Assembly (NCBI GenBank): GCA_902509555.1
Contig: CABWYS010000002.1
Coordinates: 1,478-65,477, forward strand
Direction of reading: 5' to 3'
DNA from: an uncultured SAR86 cluster bacterium
GTDB lineage: Bacteria > Pseudomonadota > Gammaproteobacteria > Magnimaribacterales > D2472
Length of the DNA: 64,000 nt
The translations under genes were made by a program, and so were the position numbers. Below, one piece after another: positions 27,788 to 36,390 of this stretch; position 1 is the stretch's first letter; each line of letters opens with the position of its first letter. Under the pieces are notes generated by a model. The model was given only the letters and a program-made list of their open reading frames with translations, was not told the origin of the DNA and did no database searches.

Positions 27788-29451
27788 TCTTGATATACCA
27801 CCCTGCCACCAACAACCGTGAGAATATTTTTTGATTCTAGTATTGCAAGCTCAGGAATACTCATTAAATCTTGATCAAAAATAGAAAAATCAGCTAGCTT
27901 ACCAACTTCTATTGTTCCCTTAATATTTTCCTCAAAAGAAGCAATTGCAGGCCAAATTGTAAACATTTTTAATGCCTCTAGCCTTGAGAGTCTCTGATGC
28001 AGATTCCAACCTTCTCCGTGATATCCATCCACATCCTTTCTTGTAACAGCTGCATAAAATTCAATCCTTGGATCACCGATTTCAACAGGTGCATCAGTTC
28101 CGCCCGCAATAATTAACCCCTGGTCAATAAGATTTCTCCATGCATACGCATTATCAATTCTTTCTAGTCCTAACCTATCTACAGCAAAGTGCAAATCACC
28201 AATAGCATGAGATGGTTGCATTGAGGGAATGACACTCAATTCAACAAAGCGACGTTGGTCTTCAGGTTTAATATTTTGTGAATGCTCTATTCTCCATCGA
28301 GGCGATATAAACAATTCATTATTTTTTTTAGCTTGTGTAAATGCTTCTTCATACCAATCTAAGACAACTCTATTACCATGATCTCCAATAGCATGAGTCC
28401 CAATCTGAATACCTTTAATTAATGCTTTGGATAATCTAGGCTTTGTTTCATCTTCAAGAAAAATAAAAACTCCTTTGCCATCATAATCACTATATTTTTC
28501 TAATAAAGCTGCTCCCCGTGAACCTAGTGCTCCATCAGCATACATTTTAATTGCCCGTACAGTTAAAAAATGTTCAGGGTCAATAATTGGTCCATTCTCA
28601 AGTAAACGATCTGCAGGCTCTCCATCGCTAACCATAAAATAAACCCTTTGCAGTAAGTTATTCTCAGATTTAATTTCATTTAAAATTGAAATATCATCAA
28701 ACGTGCCTCCTGGAACATGTATTTGGGTCCATCCAAGACTAACATTCCTATTTATTCCTTCTAAGAAAGCTTCCTTATCGTTATCTCTTGACAATTTAGG
28801 AATCAGATCAGCTATTAAGTTCATTGCCATATCAACCAATAAACCGGTTGGCTCTCCTGTTTGATCCTTTTCTATAAAACCGCCTTGCGGGTCTTGAGTA
28901 CTCTTATCAATGCCTGCTAATTCTAAAACTACACTATTCACAACTACAGCATGGCCATCTGCTCTTTCTAAAATTACTGGATTATCAGGAGAAAAAGAAT
29001 CAAGATCCCATCTTGATGGAAATCTTTTTTCAGGCCAAACTTTATCAATCCAACCTCGACCAATGACCCACTCACCTTCCTCCTTAGTTGATATATAACT
29101 CCTTACAACTTGAAGGGTTTCATTAAGTGAAGAAATTCCTTGTAGATTTAAGGTGAGCTCTCTATAACCAATCCCTTTAAGATGTCCGTGAGCGTCTATA
29201 AATCCAGGAAATACATATTTACCATTTAAATTTATAACTTCTGCATCAGAACACGCAATCTCTGCATCTGATAAAACTTTGCCAACATATGTAATTTTTG
29301 CTCCTTTTGAAGCTATTGAGCCAATAAAGGATTGATCGGTTTGCCCAGTATAGATATTGCCCCTATGAAGAATTAAATCTGCATCTATACATTGAGTGGC
29401 TTGTATTATCGCAGGAGTATATATGCTAGCAACAATAAAAAATAATCTCAT
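27784..29451 (-). CDS. Secreted metal-dependent amidohydrolase (Amidohydro_3 / YtcJ-like)
   Basis: 555 aa with a signal peptide. Motifs PGFIDAHGHL, HAIGD and GTDAP. Confidence 0.8.
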   Translation of the reverse strand: MRLFFIVASIYTPAIIQATQCIDADLILHRGNIYTGQTDQSFIGSIASKGAKITYVGKVLSDAEIACSDAEVINLNGKYVFPGFIDAHGHLKGIGYRELTLNLQGISSLNETLQVVRSYISTKEEGEWVIGRGWIDKVWPEKRFPSRWDLDSFSPDNPVILERADGHAVVVNSVVLELAGIDKSTQDPQGGFIEKDQTGEPTGLLVDMAMNLIADLIPKLSRDNDKEAFLEGINRNVSLGWTQIHVPGGTFDDISILNEIKSENNLLQRVYFMVSDGEPADRLLENGPIIDPEHFLTVRAIKMYADGALGSRGAALLEKYSDYDGKGVFIFLEDETKPRLSKALIKGIQIGTHAIGDHGNRVVLDWYEEAFTQAKKNNELFISPRWRIEHSQNIKPEDQRRFVELSVIPSMQPSHAIGDLHFAVDRLGLERIDNAYAWRNLIDQGLIIAGGTDAPVEIGDPRIEFYAAVTRKDVDGYHGEGWNLHQRLSRLEALKMFTIWPAIASFEENIKGTIEVGKLADFSIFDQDLMSIPELAILESKNILTVVGGRVVYQD

Positions 29452-29463
29452 TATTAAAATTTA

Positions 29464-30201
29464 CTAAGCTTCTTGAGCGGTTGGTCTAATAACAATCTCA
29501 TTAACAGAAACTCCTGGATCAAGCTGTAAAGCATATATTATCGATTCAGCAACTCTTTCTGCTGGCTGTGCAATATTACCAATACCTCTACTCATTAAAG
29601 CCTCAAGCATTGATTCATCTTTAATAGAAAAAGCTAATTCAGTTTTAAAAGCGCCGGGATAAATACAGGTAACTTGAATCTTTCCAGAAGATTCTAACCT
29701 TAAACCCTCAGAGATCGCTCTAACAGCATATTTTGTTCCAGAATAAACCGCGCTACCCGGCATTACTCTTTTTCCTGCAACAGAGGAAATATTAATTATT
29801 TGACCTGATTCTCTTTCAAGCATATGCGAGTAAACTGAATCAATACCATACAAAACACCTTTAATATTTACATCAATCATGTGATCCCATTCATCAGTCC
29901 TACCTTTTTCAAGCAATGATAAGGGCATCACTCCCGCATTATTAACCAGCGAATCAATTCTTCCAAAAGCATCAATGCCATGTTGAGCCAATGCATGCAT
30001 CTGCTCTTTAGATGTTACATCTGTTGCTTTGTAAATTGCAGAATCAGAACCAAGCTCATCACACAGCTGTTTTAATTTATCTTCTCTTCGTGCACCCAAT
30101 ACGACTTTTGCCCCCAAGGCAACGCACATTTTTGCTGCCTCTTTACCAAAACCAGAGCTAGCACCTGTGATCATTACAATTCTATCTTTTAAATCATTCA
30201 T
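29464..30201 (-). CDS. Short-chain dehydrogenase/reductase
   Basis: 245 aa. TGASSGFG cofactor motif, NNAG, and catalytic YSGTKYA. Confidence 0.85.
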   Translation of the reverse strand: MNDLKDRIVMITGASSGFGKEAAKMCVALGAKVVLGARREDKLKQLCDELGSDSAIYKATDVTSKEQMHALAQHGIDAFGRIDSLVNNAGVMPLSLLEKGRTDEWDHMIDVNIKGVLYGIDSVYSHMLERESGQIINISSVAGKRVMPGSAVYSGTKYAVRAISEGLRLESSGKIQVTCIYPGAFKTELAFSIKDESMLEALMSRGIGNIAQPAERVAESIIYALQLDPGVSVNEIVIRPTAQEA

Positions 30202-30891
30202 TTATTCTCTCCCTAAAATTTCATGTATTTTATAGTAACCTATAATCCTCTGTTTCCATTTATCTGTATAGCTTTCAAATTCTTTATTCTTAATTAGAAA
30301 CTCTTTGAATAACAGATCTCGATCTACCATTAATATTGCAATCGATTCTATGTTAGTTTGATGCATAACATTATGTGCATTTGCATAAGCTGCCCCTTGA
30401 AGAAAGTAATCCTCAATCCAATCTTTTCTTTTAATTTTTTTTGCTGTTTTAAAATCTATGATTGTAGGCTTGCCCTTAAAAATACCTATGCAATCTGCTG
30501 TTCCAGCATACAACCCATCTACAACCAGCCCAGATTCAAGGCCCCAAACTTCTTCTATATCACCCAAACAATCATCAACAAATCTCTTGGCTATCTGATG
30601 CGCCATTAAGCCCAATCTATCATCAGTAAATTGCTCCCAATCAAGTCCATGAAGATAGTTTTCAATAGCTAAGTGAACAGCGGTTCCTATTGTGGTTGCT
30701 TCATTAACAATTTCTTTTGCGGTTTTGGTGCCTACTCTTCTCTTCCAAGCATCGATACCAGAATGATCTCCAGTTGCTGATAGAATCGTTGTAACAGATG
30801 GTACAAGATTTTCTTTAGAATCTCGATAATAACGAACGTCATTTTTTTCAACACGCTCAAGTTCCGGATATTCGAATAATTTTTTTATCAT
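30202..30891 (-). CDS. PD-(D/E)XK nuclease-superfamily protein (RecB/Cas4-like fold, phage-type exonuclease-like)
   Basis: 229 aa. GTAVHLAIENYL, then ADC...IIDFKTAKK (D...D-x-K core) and LQGAAY (QxxxY). Confidence 0.6.
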   Translation of the reverse strand: MIKKLFEYPELERVEKNDVRYYRDSKENLVPSVTTILSATGDHSGIDAWKRRVGTKTAKEIVNEATTIGTAVHLAIENYLHGLDWEQFTDDRLGLMAHQIAKRFVDDCLGDIEEVWGLESGLVVDGLYAGTADCIGIFKGKPTIIDFKTAKKIKRKDWIEDYFLQGAAYANAHNVMHQTNIESIAILMVDRDLLFKEFLIKNKEFESYTDKWKQRIIGYYKIHEILGRE

Positions 30892-30897
30892 TCTATT

Positions 30898-31659
30898 TTA
30901 ATTAATAGAGGAGCCGCCATCTACAGAAATAACCTGCCCAGTAATAAATGAGGATCTATCTGAAAGCAGGAATGAAACTAGCTCACCAATTTCTTCAGGC
31001 TCACCAATTCTTCTTAGTAAAGATGATTTTTCTAGCATTTCTTTTGCTTTTGGCTCAGCCTCAAAATACTGCCTGACTCCTGGAGTATTGATAGTACCGG
31101 GCGAAACTGCATTTACTCTAATATCATTTCTAGCAACTTCCTTAGCAACAGATTGAGTTAAATTATTTACTGCGGCCTTGCTAGCCGCATAAATAGAATT
31201 ATAAGCGTAACCCCTAATAGCTGAATTTGAAGAAATATTTACAATAGAAGCAGGAATTGATTGCTCTTTTAAAGACTTAATTTCAACTTGCAAGCATTTC
31301 CACAATGAGGTGAAAGTTAAATCAAGCGTAGCTTGGACATCTTCAAGTGAATAATTTTCAACTGGGCCCAAACCTTTTGATGCAGCTGCGTTATTACAGA
31401 TGCAATCTAGTTTTGTAAACGTTGATAAAGTAGTATCAATCATTGAGTGAATTGCCTTAGAATCAGTTAGATCTGCCTCAAAGAAAGCTGCAGAGTTCGG
31501 ATAAAGTGAGTTTATTTCCTTCGCCACTTTCTCAGCCGATTTACTATTTAAATCCACAATCATTACCTTGGATCCATGCGAGGCTAAAACTTTAGCAATA
31601 CCCTCTCCTATACCTTGGCCACCTCCAGTAACAAGAGATACCTTATTTTCTAAATCCAA
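30898..31659 (-). CDS. Short-chain dehydrogenase/reductase (FabG-like)
   Basis: 253 aa. TGGGQGIG, NNAA, and catalytic YAASKAA. Confidence 0.85.
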   Translation of the reverse strand: MDLENKVSLVTGGGQGIGEGIAKVLASHGSKVMIVDLNSKSAEKVAKEINSLYPNSAAFFEADLTDSKAIHSMIDTTLSTFTKLDCICNNAAASKGLGPVENYSLEDVQATLDLTFTSLWKCLQVEIKSLKEQSIPASIVNISSNSAIRGYAYNSIYAASKAAVNNLTQSVAKEVARNDIRVNAVSPGTINTPGVRQYFEAEPKAKEMLEKSSLLRRIGEPEEIGELVSFLLSDRSSFITGQVISVDGGSSIN

Positions 31660-31660
31660 T

Positions 31661-32581
31661 TCAAGCTCCTTTTAAATTATTCATCAAAAATGTTAAAACA
31701 TAATTATAGGTTGTCATCCTATTGGTTTCATTAAGAGTTTCATGTCTAGCTTCATCAACAAGGTAAAGCTCTGATATACAGTCATTCTCAATTAAACATT
31801 CATGTAATTTTGTTGTTCCTTTTCCCATAGCCCCAACAGGATCATTGGTACCAGAGAAAACTAGAATGGGGATATTCTTATTTATCAATGCTAAATTTTG
31901 TGGATCAAAAACTGACTTAATTCCCTCTATAACATCAGCCCAGAGTTGATTAGAAACAATAAAACCACATAAAGGATCCTTTGTATAATTATCCACTCTA
32001 TCTGAGTCATTTGATAACCAATCATTTGGAGTTTGGGTGTTTTTAAATTTATTATTAAAACCTCCAAAAATTGTTTTATGTAGTGGATGACTATATCCCT
32101 TTTTTCCAAGCCTAAACATTTCTATTTTAAGGAATAATTTTTGCAAAAAAGTCTCAGAGGAATTTGGATAGCTTGAACCAGAAAGCAGAACAGCATCAAA
32201 ACTATTGTTTTGCTGAAGTGCTGACAAACCAATCCAAGAACCCATGCTATGACCTAATAGAATTTTAGATAAGCCAGGGAAAAGCTTATTAGTCTCCGAG
32301 TGGATAGCAAGCAAATCTTCTACCACTAAATTCCATCCATCATCATTATCAAAAAATCCAATTTGATTATCTAGTATATTTTCGCCATGACCTCTATGAT
32401 CATGAATTGCGACATGAAAACCATTCATATTTAAAAAATTTGTAAACTCTTGATATCTCCCTTTATGCTCTGCCATACCATGAGAAATTTGAACCAAGCC
32501 ATGAGTTGATTCAACCTTTGATTGGTAAAGATCAAAGTTCAAATTAGAGTCAGGGGGAGTATCTAATGATATTTTTTCCAT
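31661..32581 (-). CDS. Alpha/beta hydrolase (lysophospholipase / monoacylglycerol lipase-like)
   Basis: The track ORF extends to 32674 across the divergent KAS III start. The ATG at 32581 (MEKISLD...) is more plausible. HG-type oxyanion region ISHGMAEH and nucleophile elbow GHSMGS. Confidence 0.75.
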   Translation of the reverse strand: MEKISLDTPPDSNLNFDLYQSKVESTHGLVQISHGMAEHKGRYQEFTNFLNMNGFHVAIHDHRGHGENILDNQIGFFDNDDGWNLVVEDLLAIHSETNKLFPGLSKILLGHSMGSWIGLSALQQNNSFDAVLLSGSSYPNSSETFLQKLFLKIEMFRLGKKGYSHPLHKTIFGGFNNKFKNTQTPNDWLSNDSDRVDNYTKDPLCGFIVSNQLWADVIEGIKSVFDPQNLALINKNIPILVFSGTNDPVGAMGKGTTKLHECLIENDCISELYLVDEARHETLNETNRMTTYNYVLTFLMNNLKGA

Positions 32582-32615
32582 ATGACTATAAAATAACATG
32601 TAATAGAGTAAACGC

Positions 32616-33728
32616 ATGCAAGATATATATATTTCTGGAACAGGGGTTTGGACTCCTCCACATAAAATATCCAATGAAGAACTTGTTGAATCATTTAACA
32701 GCTATGTTGAGCTTTATAATGTTGAGCATGCCAATGAAATAGAATCTGGCACTCTAATAGCCTTAGAGCCCTCTTCTGAAGAATTTATAGTTAAAGCCTC
32801 GGGAATAAAGAATAGATATGTGATAGAAAAAGAATCCTTGCTTGATCCAAAATTCATGAAACCGCAGATAAAAGCAAGAGACGATGACTCACTATCACTT
32901 TGCGCAGAAATAAGTGTCATTGCAGCAAAGCAAGCACTTGATAATGCTGAATTAAGCCCTGCTGATATTGACGCAGTGATTGTTTCAACTGCAAACCTTC
33001 AAAGGGCTTATCCAGCAATAGCCATTGAGGTTCAAAACGAATTAGGTATTGAAGGTTATGCATATGACATGATGGTAGGTTGCTCATCAACTACATTTGG
33101 AATAAGCAATGCCTATTCAGATATAGCATCGGGGAAAGCCTCAAAAGTATTGGTCATAAATCCAGAAATTACCACTGCACACAATAACCTTAAAAACAGA
33201 GATAGTCATTTTATTTTCGGTGATGTTTGCACGGCAGCTGTCATCGAAAAAGATTCCAAATCGCCAAATAAATTTAAAATACTTAATGCTAAATTAAAAA
33301 CTCATTTTTCAAATAATATAAGAAATAATTTTGGTTTTATGAATGCCATAGAAGATAAAGATTACACAGAAGAAGAGCTGTTGTTTGTACAAAATGGTAG
33401 AAGTGTCTTCAAAGAAGTAATGCCTATGGTTGCATCACTAATTACTGATCATCTCGAAGAAAATAGCTTATTGCCAGATGAGGTTGAGCAGTACTGGCTG
33501 CATCAAGCCAATATAAATATGAATACATATGTTGTAAAAAAATTATTAGGAGATGACTTTCCGCCAGAGCGGGCTCCAAATGTCCTAGATGAATATGCCA
33601 ACACCGGTTCAGCAGGGTCCCTAATTTCATTTCATAAATATAATCATCTAACCAAAGGTCAAAAGGGAATAATCTGCTCTTTTGGAGCTGGGTATTCAAT
33701 CTGCTCTATCTTAGTAGAAAAAGCATAA
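32616..33728 (+). CDS. Long-form beta-ketoacyl-ACP synthase III-like condensing enzyme
   Basis: 370 aa. N-terminus ISGTGVWTPPHKISNEELV, putative active-site Cys in MVGCSSTT, C-terminal HQAN and GAGYS. Confidence 0.75.
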   Translation: MQDIYISGTGVWTPPHKISNEELVESFNSYVELYNVEHANEIESGTLIALEPSSEEFIVKASGIKNRYVIEKESLLDPKFMKPQIKARDDDSLSLCAEISVIAAKQALDNAELSPADIDAVIVSTANLQRAYPAIAIEVQNELGIEGYAYDMMVGCSSTTFGISNAYSDIASGKASKVLVINPEITTAHNNLKNRDSHFIFGDVCTAAVIEKDSKSPNKFKILNAKLKTHFSNNIRNNFGFMNAIEDKDYTEEELLFVQNGRSVFKEVMPMVASLITDHLEENSLLPDEVEQYWLHQANINMNTYVVKKLLGDDFPPERAPNVLDEYANTGSAGSLISFHKYNHLTKGQKGIICSFGAGYSICSILVEKA

Positions 33729-33729
33729 A

Positions 33730-34164
33730 TTGATGAAGTACATTTTGCCTATATTGGTAATTTTAACTTCTATAATTGGCTCTCTTGCAAATATCTACAT
33801 CAATTCTGATGGTTGGTATGCAGAGTTGGTTAAGAGTCCGTTAAATCCACCAAGTTATGTTTTTGGGATTGTTTGGCCCATCCTGTATGCAATCATGGCG
33901 TTTGTGTCATTCAGGATGGCTGAAAAAATTTCAGGGCTCTTTATGATGCAATTAGCTGCTAATGCAGCATGGTCATGGATGTTTTTTTATTTTCACGCTC
34001 CTCTAATAGCTCTTATAGATATAAGCATACTAATATTTCTTAATCAGAAAATTATTAAAATATTAAGAGGTGAATCAAGAATATTATTTTATCTATATCT
34101 GCCATATATTTTATGGCTATCATTTGCAGCATTTTTAAATGCTTCAATTGTTTTCTTGAACTAA
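33730..34164 (+). CDS. tspO: TspO/MBR tryptophan-rich sensory protein
   Basis: 144 aa with 5 TM helices. W...LNKPS-like segment (WYAELVKSPLNPPSYVFGIVWPILY) and a Trp-rich AANAAWSWMFF motif. The likely start is ATG 33733. Confidence 0.85.
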   Translation: MMKYILPILVILTSIIGSLANIYINSDGWYAELVKSPLNPPSYVFGIVWPILYAIMAFVSFRMAEKISGLFMMQLAANAAWSWMFFYFHAPLIALIDISILIFLNQKIIKILRGESRILFYLYLPYILWLSFAAFLNASIVFLN

Positions 34165-35423
34165 AAAATACCTATAACTAATCCTGTCATACAAGAGGCA
34201 AGTGTTGCTCCAACCAATGCTTTTATAGAAACCTTAATTAGATCATTTTTTCTTTCTGGAGCCATTGCACTTATACCTGAAACAAGAATTCCAACTGAGG
34301 AGAAATTGGCAAAACCACACAAAGCATACAAGGTAATCAATTTTGATCTATCTGATAGAATTCCAGGTTCTAAATTTGCAAGGGCGCCATAAGCCACAAA
34401 TTCATTTAGCGCAGTTTTCAAACCTAATAACTCAGCTGAGGCTAAAGTCTCAGATAAGGGAACTCCCATAAGCCATACAATTGGAAAGAAAATATAACCA
34501 AGAATTAATTGCAAGGAAAGGTCTGATATTCCAACCCAACCACCGAAAATACCGAGCAAAGAATTAAATAATGAAACCAGTGCTATAAATGCAATCAAAA
34601 TTGCACCAACATTTAAACAGATATCTAATCCATCTCTTGTGCCTCTTGTAATTGCATCCATGGAACTGTCATATACTTTAGGCACAGAATTACCATCAAA
34701 ATTGGTAACTTCTGATGATGGAATCATAATATTTGCATACATGATGGCAGCAGGAATAGACAAAATAGAGGCTGATACAAGGTGTTGAATCAAATTGATA
34801 TCTGGGAATTGTGGTGTGAGCATTGAGACTAACGCAATCATAATAGAACCAGAAACAGTCGACATTCCAGCAGTCATAAGAATTAATAACTCTTTTTCAC
34901 TCATCTTTGATAGGTATGGCCTTACTAATAAAGGAGCTTCAACCTGACCCATAATGATATTAGCAGTTGCGCCCAATCCAATGGGGCCACCAATATTAAA
35001 GAGCTTTTCAAATATTTTAGATATGGCTCTAATAATTAATGGCAAGATATTCCAAAACCACAGTAATGCAGACAGACTTGAGATTACTATGATTAAAGGC
35101 AGTATTTGAAAAGCAAAAATCATTGAGTTACCAGTACCAGAGTTTTGAAATGGTGATGTTGAGCTGTTACTTAGATAACCAAAAACAAACTCAGCTCCCT
35201 CTTGAGTTGCTGCTTGCAAGGCAGTTACACCTTCGGAGAGATAGGCAAAAATTTGCACTATGAAGGGTATTTTTAATAGAGCAAAAGCTAAAATAATCTG
35301 CAGTATTATGGCTGCGATAATATGTCGGTAATTTATAGTAGATCTATTTTGAGAAAATGGAATAGCAATACAAACCAAGCCAATAAAGCCAATAATAATT
35401 TGAAATAACGAGGTGATTGTCAT
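34161..35423 (-). CDS. nupC: Concentrative nucleoside transporter (NupC/CNT family)
   Basis: 420 aa. GAEFVFGYL and the C-terminal LCGFANFSSVG motif are typical of NupC. Confidence 0.85.
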   Translation of the reverse strand: MTITSLFQIIIGFIGLVCIAIPFSQNRSTINYRHIIAAIILQIILAFALLKIPFIVQIFAYLSEGVTALQAATQEGAEFVFGYLSNSSTSPFQNSGTGNSMIFAFQILPLIIVISSLSALLWFWNILPLIIRAISKIFEKLFNIGGPIGLGATANIIMGQVEAPLLVRPYLSKMSEKELLILMTAGMSTVSGSIMIALVSMLTPQFPDINLIQHLVSASILSIPAAIMYANIMIPSSEVTNFDGNSVPKVYDSSMDAITRGTRDGLDICLNVGAILIAFIALVSLFNSLLGIFGGWVGISDLSLQLILGYIFFPIVWLMGVPLSETLASAELLGLKTALNEFVAYGALANLEPGILSDRSKLITLYALCGFANFSSVGILVSGISAMAPERKNDLIKVSIKALVGATLASCMTGLVIGIF

Positions 35424-35426
35424 GGC

Positions 35427-36347
35427 TTAGTATAACTTAATTGCTCTAAGTCTTTCCTCTAAAAAATCATGTGCGCTAATAGATTCAGTTGAATCATCAA
35501 CTATAGAACAAAGCTCAACTTCTGGGGAAGGATGAAGAAAAAAAGGCATGCTATATCGAGATGCAGATGAGCCGGCGTTCATATCTACGACCCTGTGACT
35601 GGTGCTTTTAAGTTGAGAGCGTGTAACTAATTGCATCATATCTCCAATATTACAAACAATAGATTTGTTTTTTGCTGCAATTGGAATCCAATCACCCTCA
35701 GGATTTTGTACTTCCAATCCAGATTCTTCTGCGCCAACTAATAGAGTAATTAAATTTATATCTTCATGAGCTCGTGCACGTAAGATATTTGAAGAATCAT
35801 TAACAGGAGGGTAATGAATTAAACGTAAGATAGAATTTCCTTTAAATACCCAGTCATCAAAAAAAGAAGATTCTTTGCCTAAAATTACAGCTATTGCACT
35901 TAGAACTTTCATACCAAGTAAGTTCAGTTGATTGAATAAAATATCAAACTGATCATTAAAATCTGGAATCTCTGAAACTGAAATATTTTCAGATATTCTG
36001 GAATCATACGAATCATCAATTGTGGGGCCATGATGCCAAAATTCTTTTAAATCAGGAGTTGTTTCACCAACAGCAGTTTCTTTGCCATATGGGGTATAAC
36101 CTCTTGCTCCAGCTTTTTCAGGATGAGCGTAATTATTTTTTATTGACTCAGGAAGTAAAAAAAAATCTTTACTAACCTTGTAACTTTCTTGCAAGACCTC
36201 ATCAGATATCCCGTGATCAGTAATAGTAAAGAAGCCATGCGTAGTTAATGCTAATTTTAGCTCGGCAATTGTGTCAGCATCCCTTTTCTGGATATCAGAC
36301 AAAGAAAATGCAGGGATAGTATTAAATGACATAATTAATTTTAACAA
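35427..36347 (-). CDS. 2-oxoglutarate/Fe(II)-dependent oxygenase (isopenicillin-N-synthase-like family)
   Basis: 306 aa. The H-x-D...H triad context (AHEDINLITLL ... STSHRV) and NIGDMMQ are typical of the family. Confidence 0.8.
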   Translation of the reverse strand: MLKLIMSFNTIPAFSLSDIQKRDADTIAELKLALTTHGFFTITDHGISDEVLQESYKVSKDFFLLPESIKNNYAHPEKAGARGYTPYGKETAVGETTPDLKEFWHHGPTIDDSYDSRISENISVSEIPDFNDQFDILFNQLNLLGMKVLSAIAVILGKESSFFDDWVFKGNSILRLIHYPPVNDSSNILRARAHEDINLITLLVGAEESGLEVQNPEGDWIPIAAKNKSIVCNIGDMMQLVTRSQLKSTSHRVVDMNAGSSASRYSMPFFLHPSPEVELCSIVDDSTESISAHDFLEERLRAIKLY

Positions 36348-36350
36348 AAA

Positions 36351-36374
36351 AAGGGCGGTAAAAACCGCCCTTTT
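36351..36374 (-). terminator. Rho-independent terminator hairpin downstream of the TonB-dependent receptor gene
   Basis: AAAGGGCGG-TAAAAA-CCGCCCTTT is a perfect 9-bp stem. On the minus strand it is followed by a T7 run. It lies 17 nt after the receptor stop codon and 4 nt before the next start codon. Confidence 0.8.
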
Positions 36375-36390
36375 AAAATATTAGACTTTC

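Noticed and set aside
29464-33728. Ole-like olefin/beta-lactone cluster (FabH-like OleA, alpha/beta hydrolase OleB, SDR OleD).
   Set aside because: No OleC-type AMP-dependent synthetase is present. The hydrolase looks like a lysophospholipase or monoacylglycerol lipase. The condensing enzyme resembles long-form KAS III and is divergently transcribed. The resemblance is only at superfamily level.
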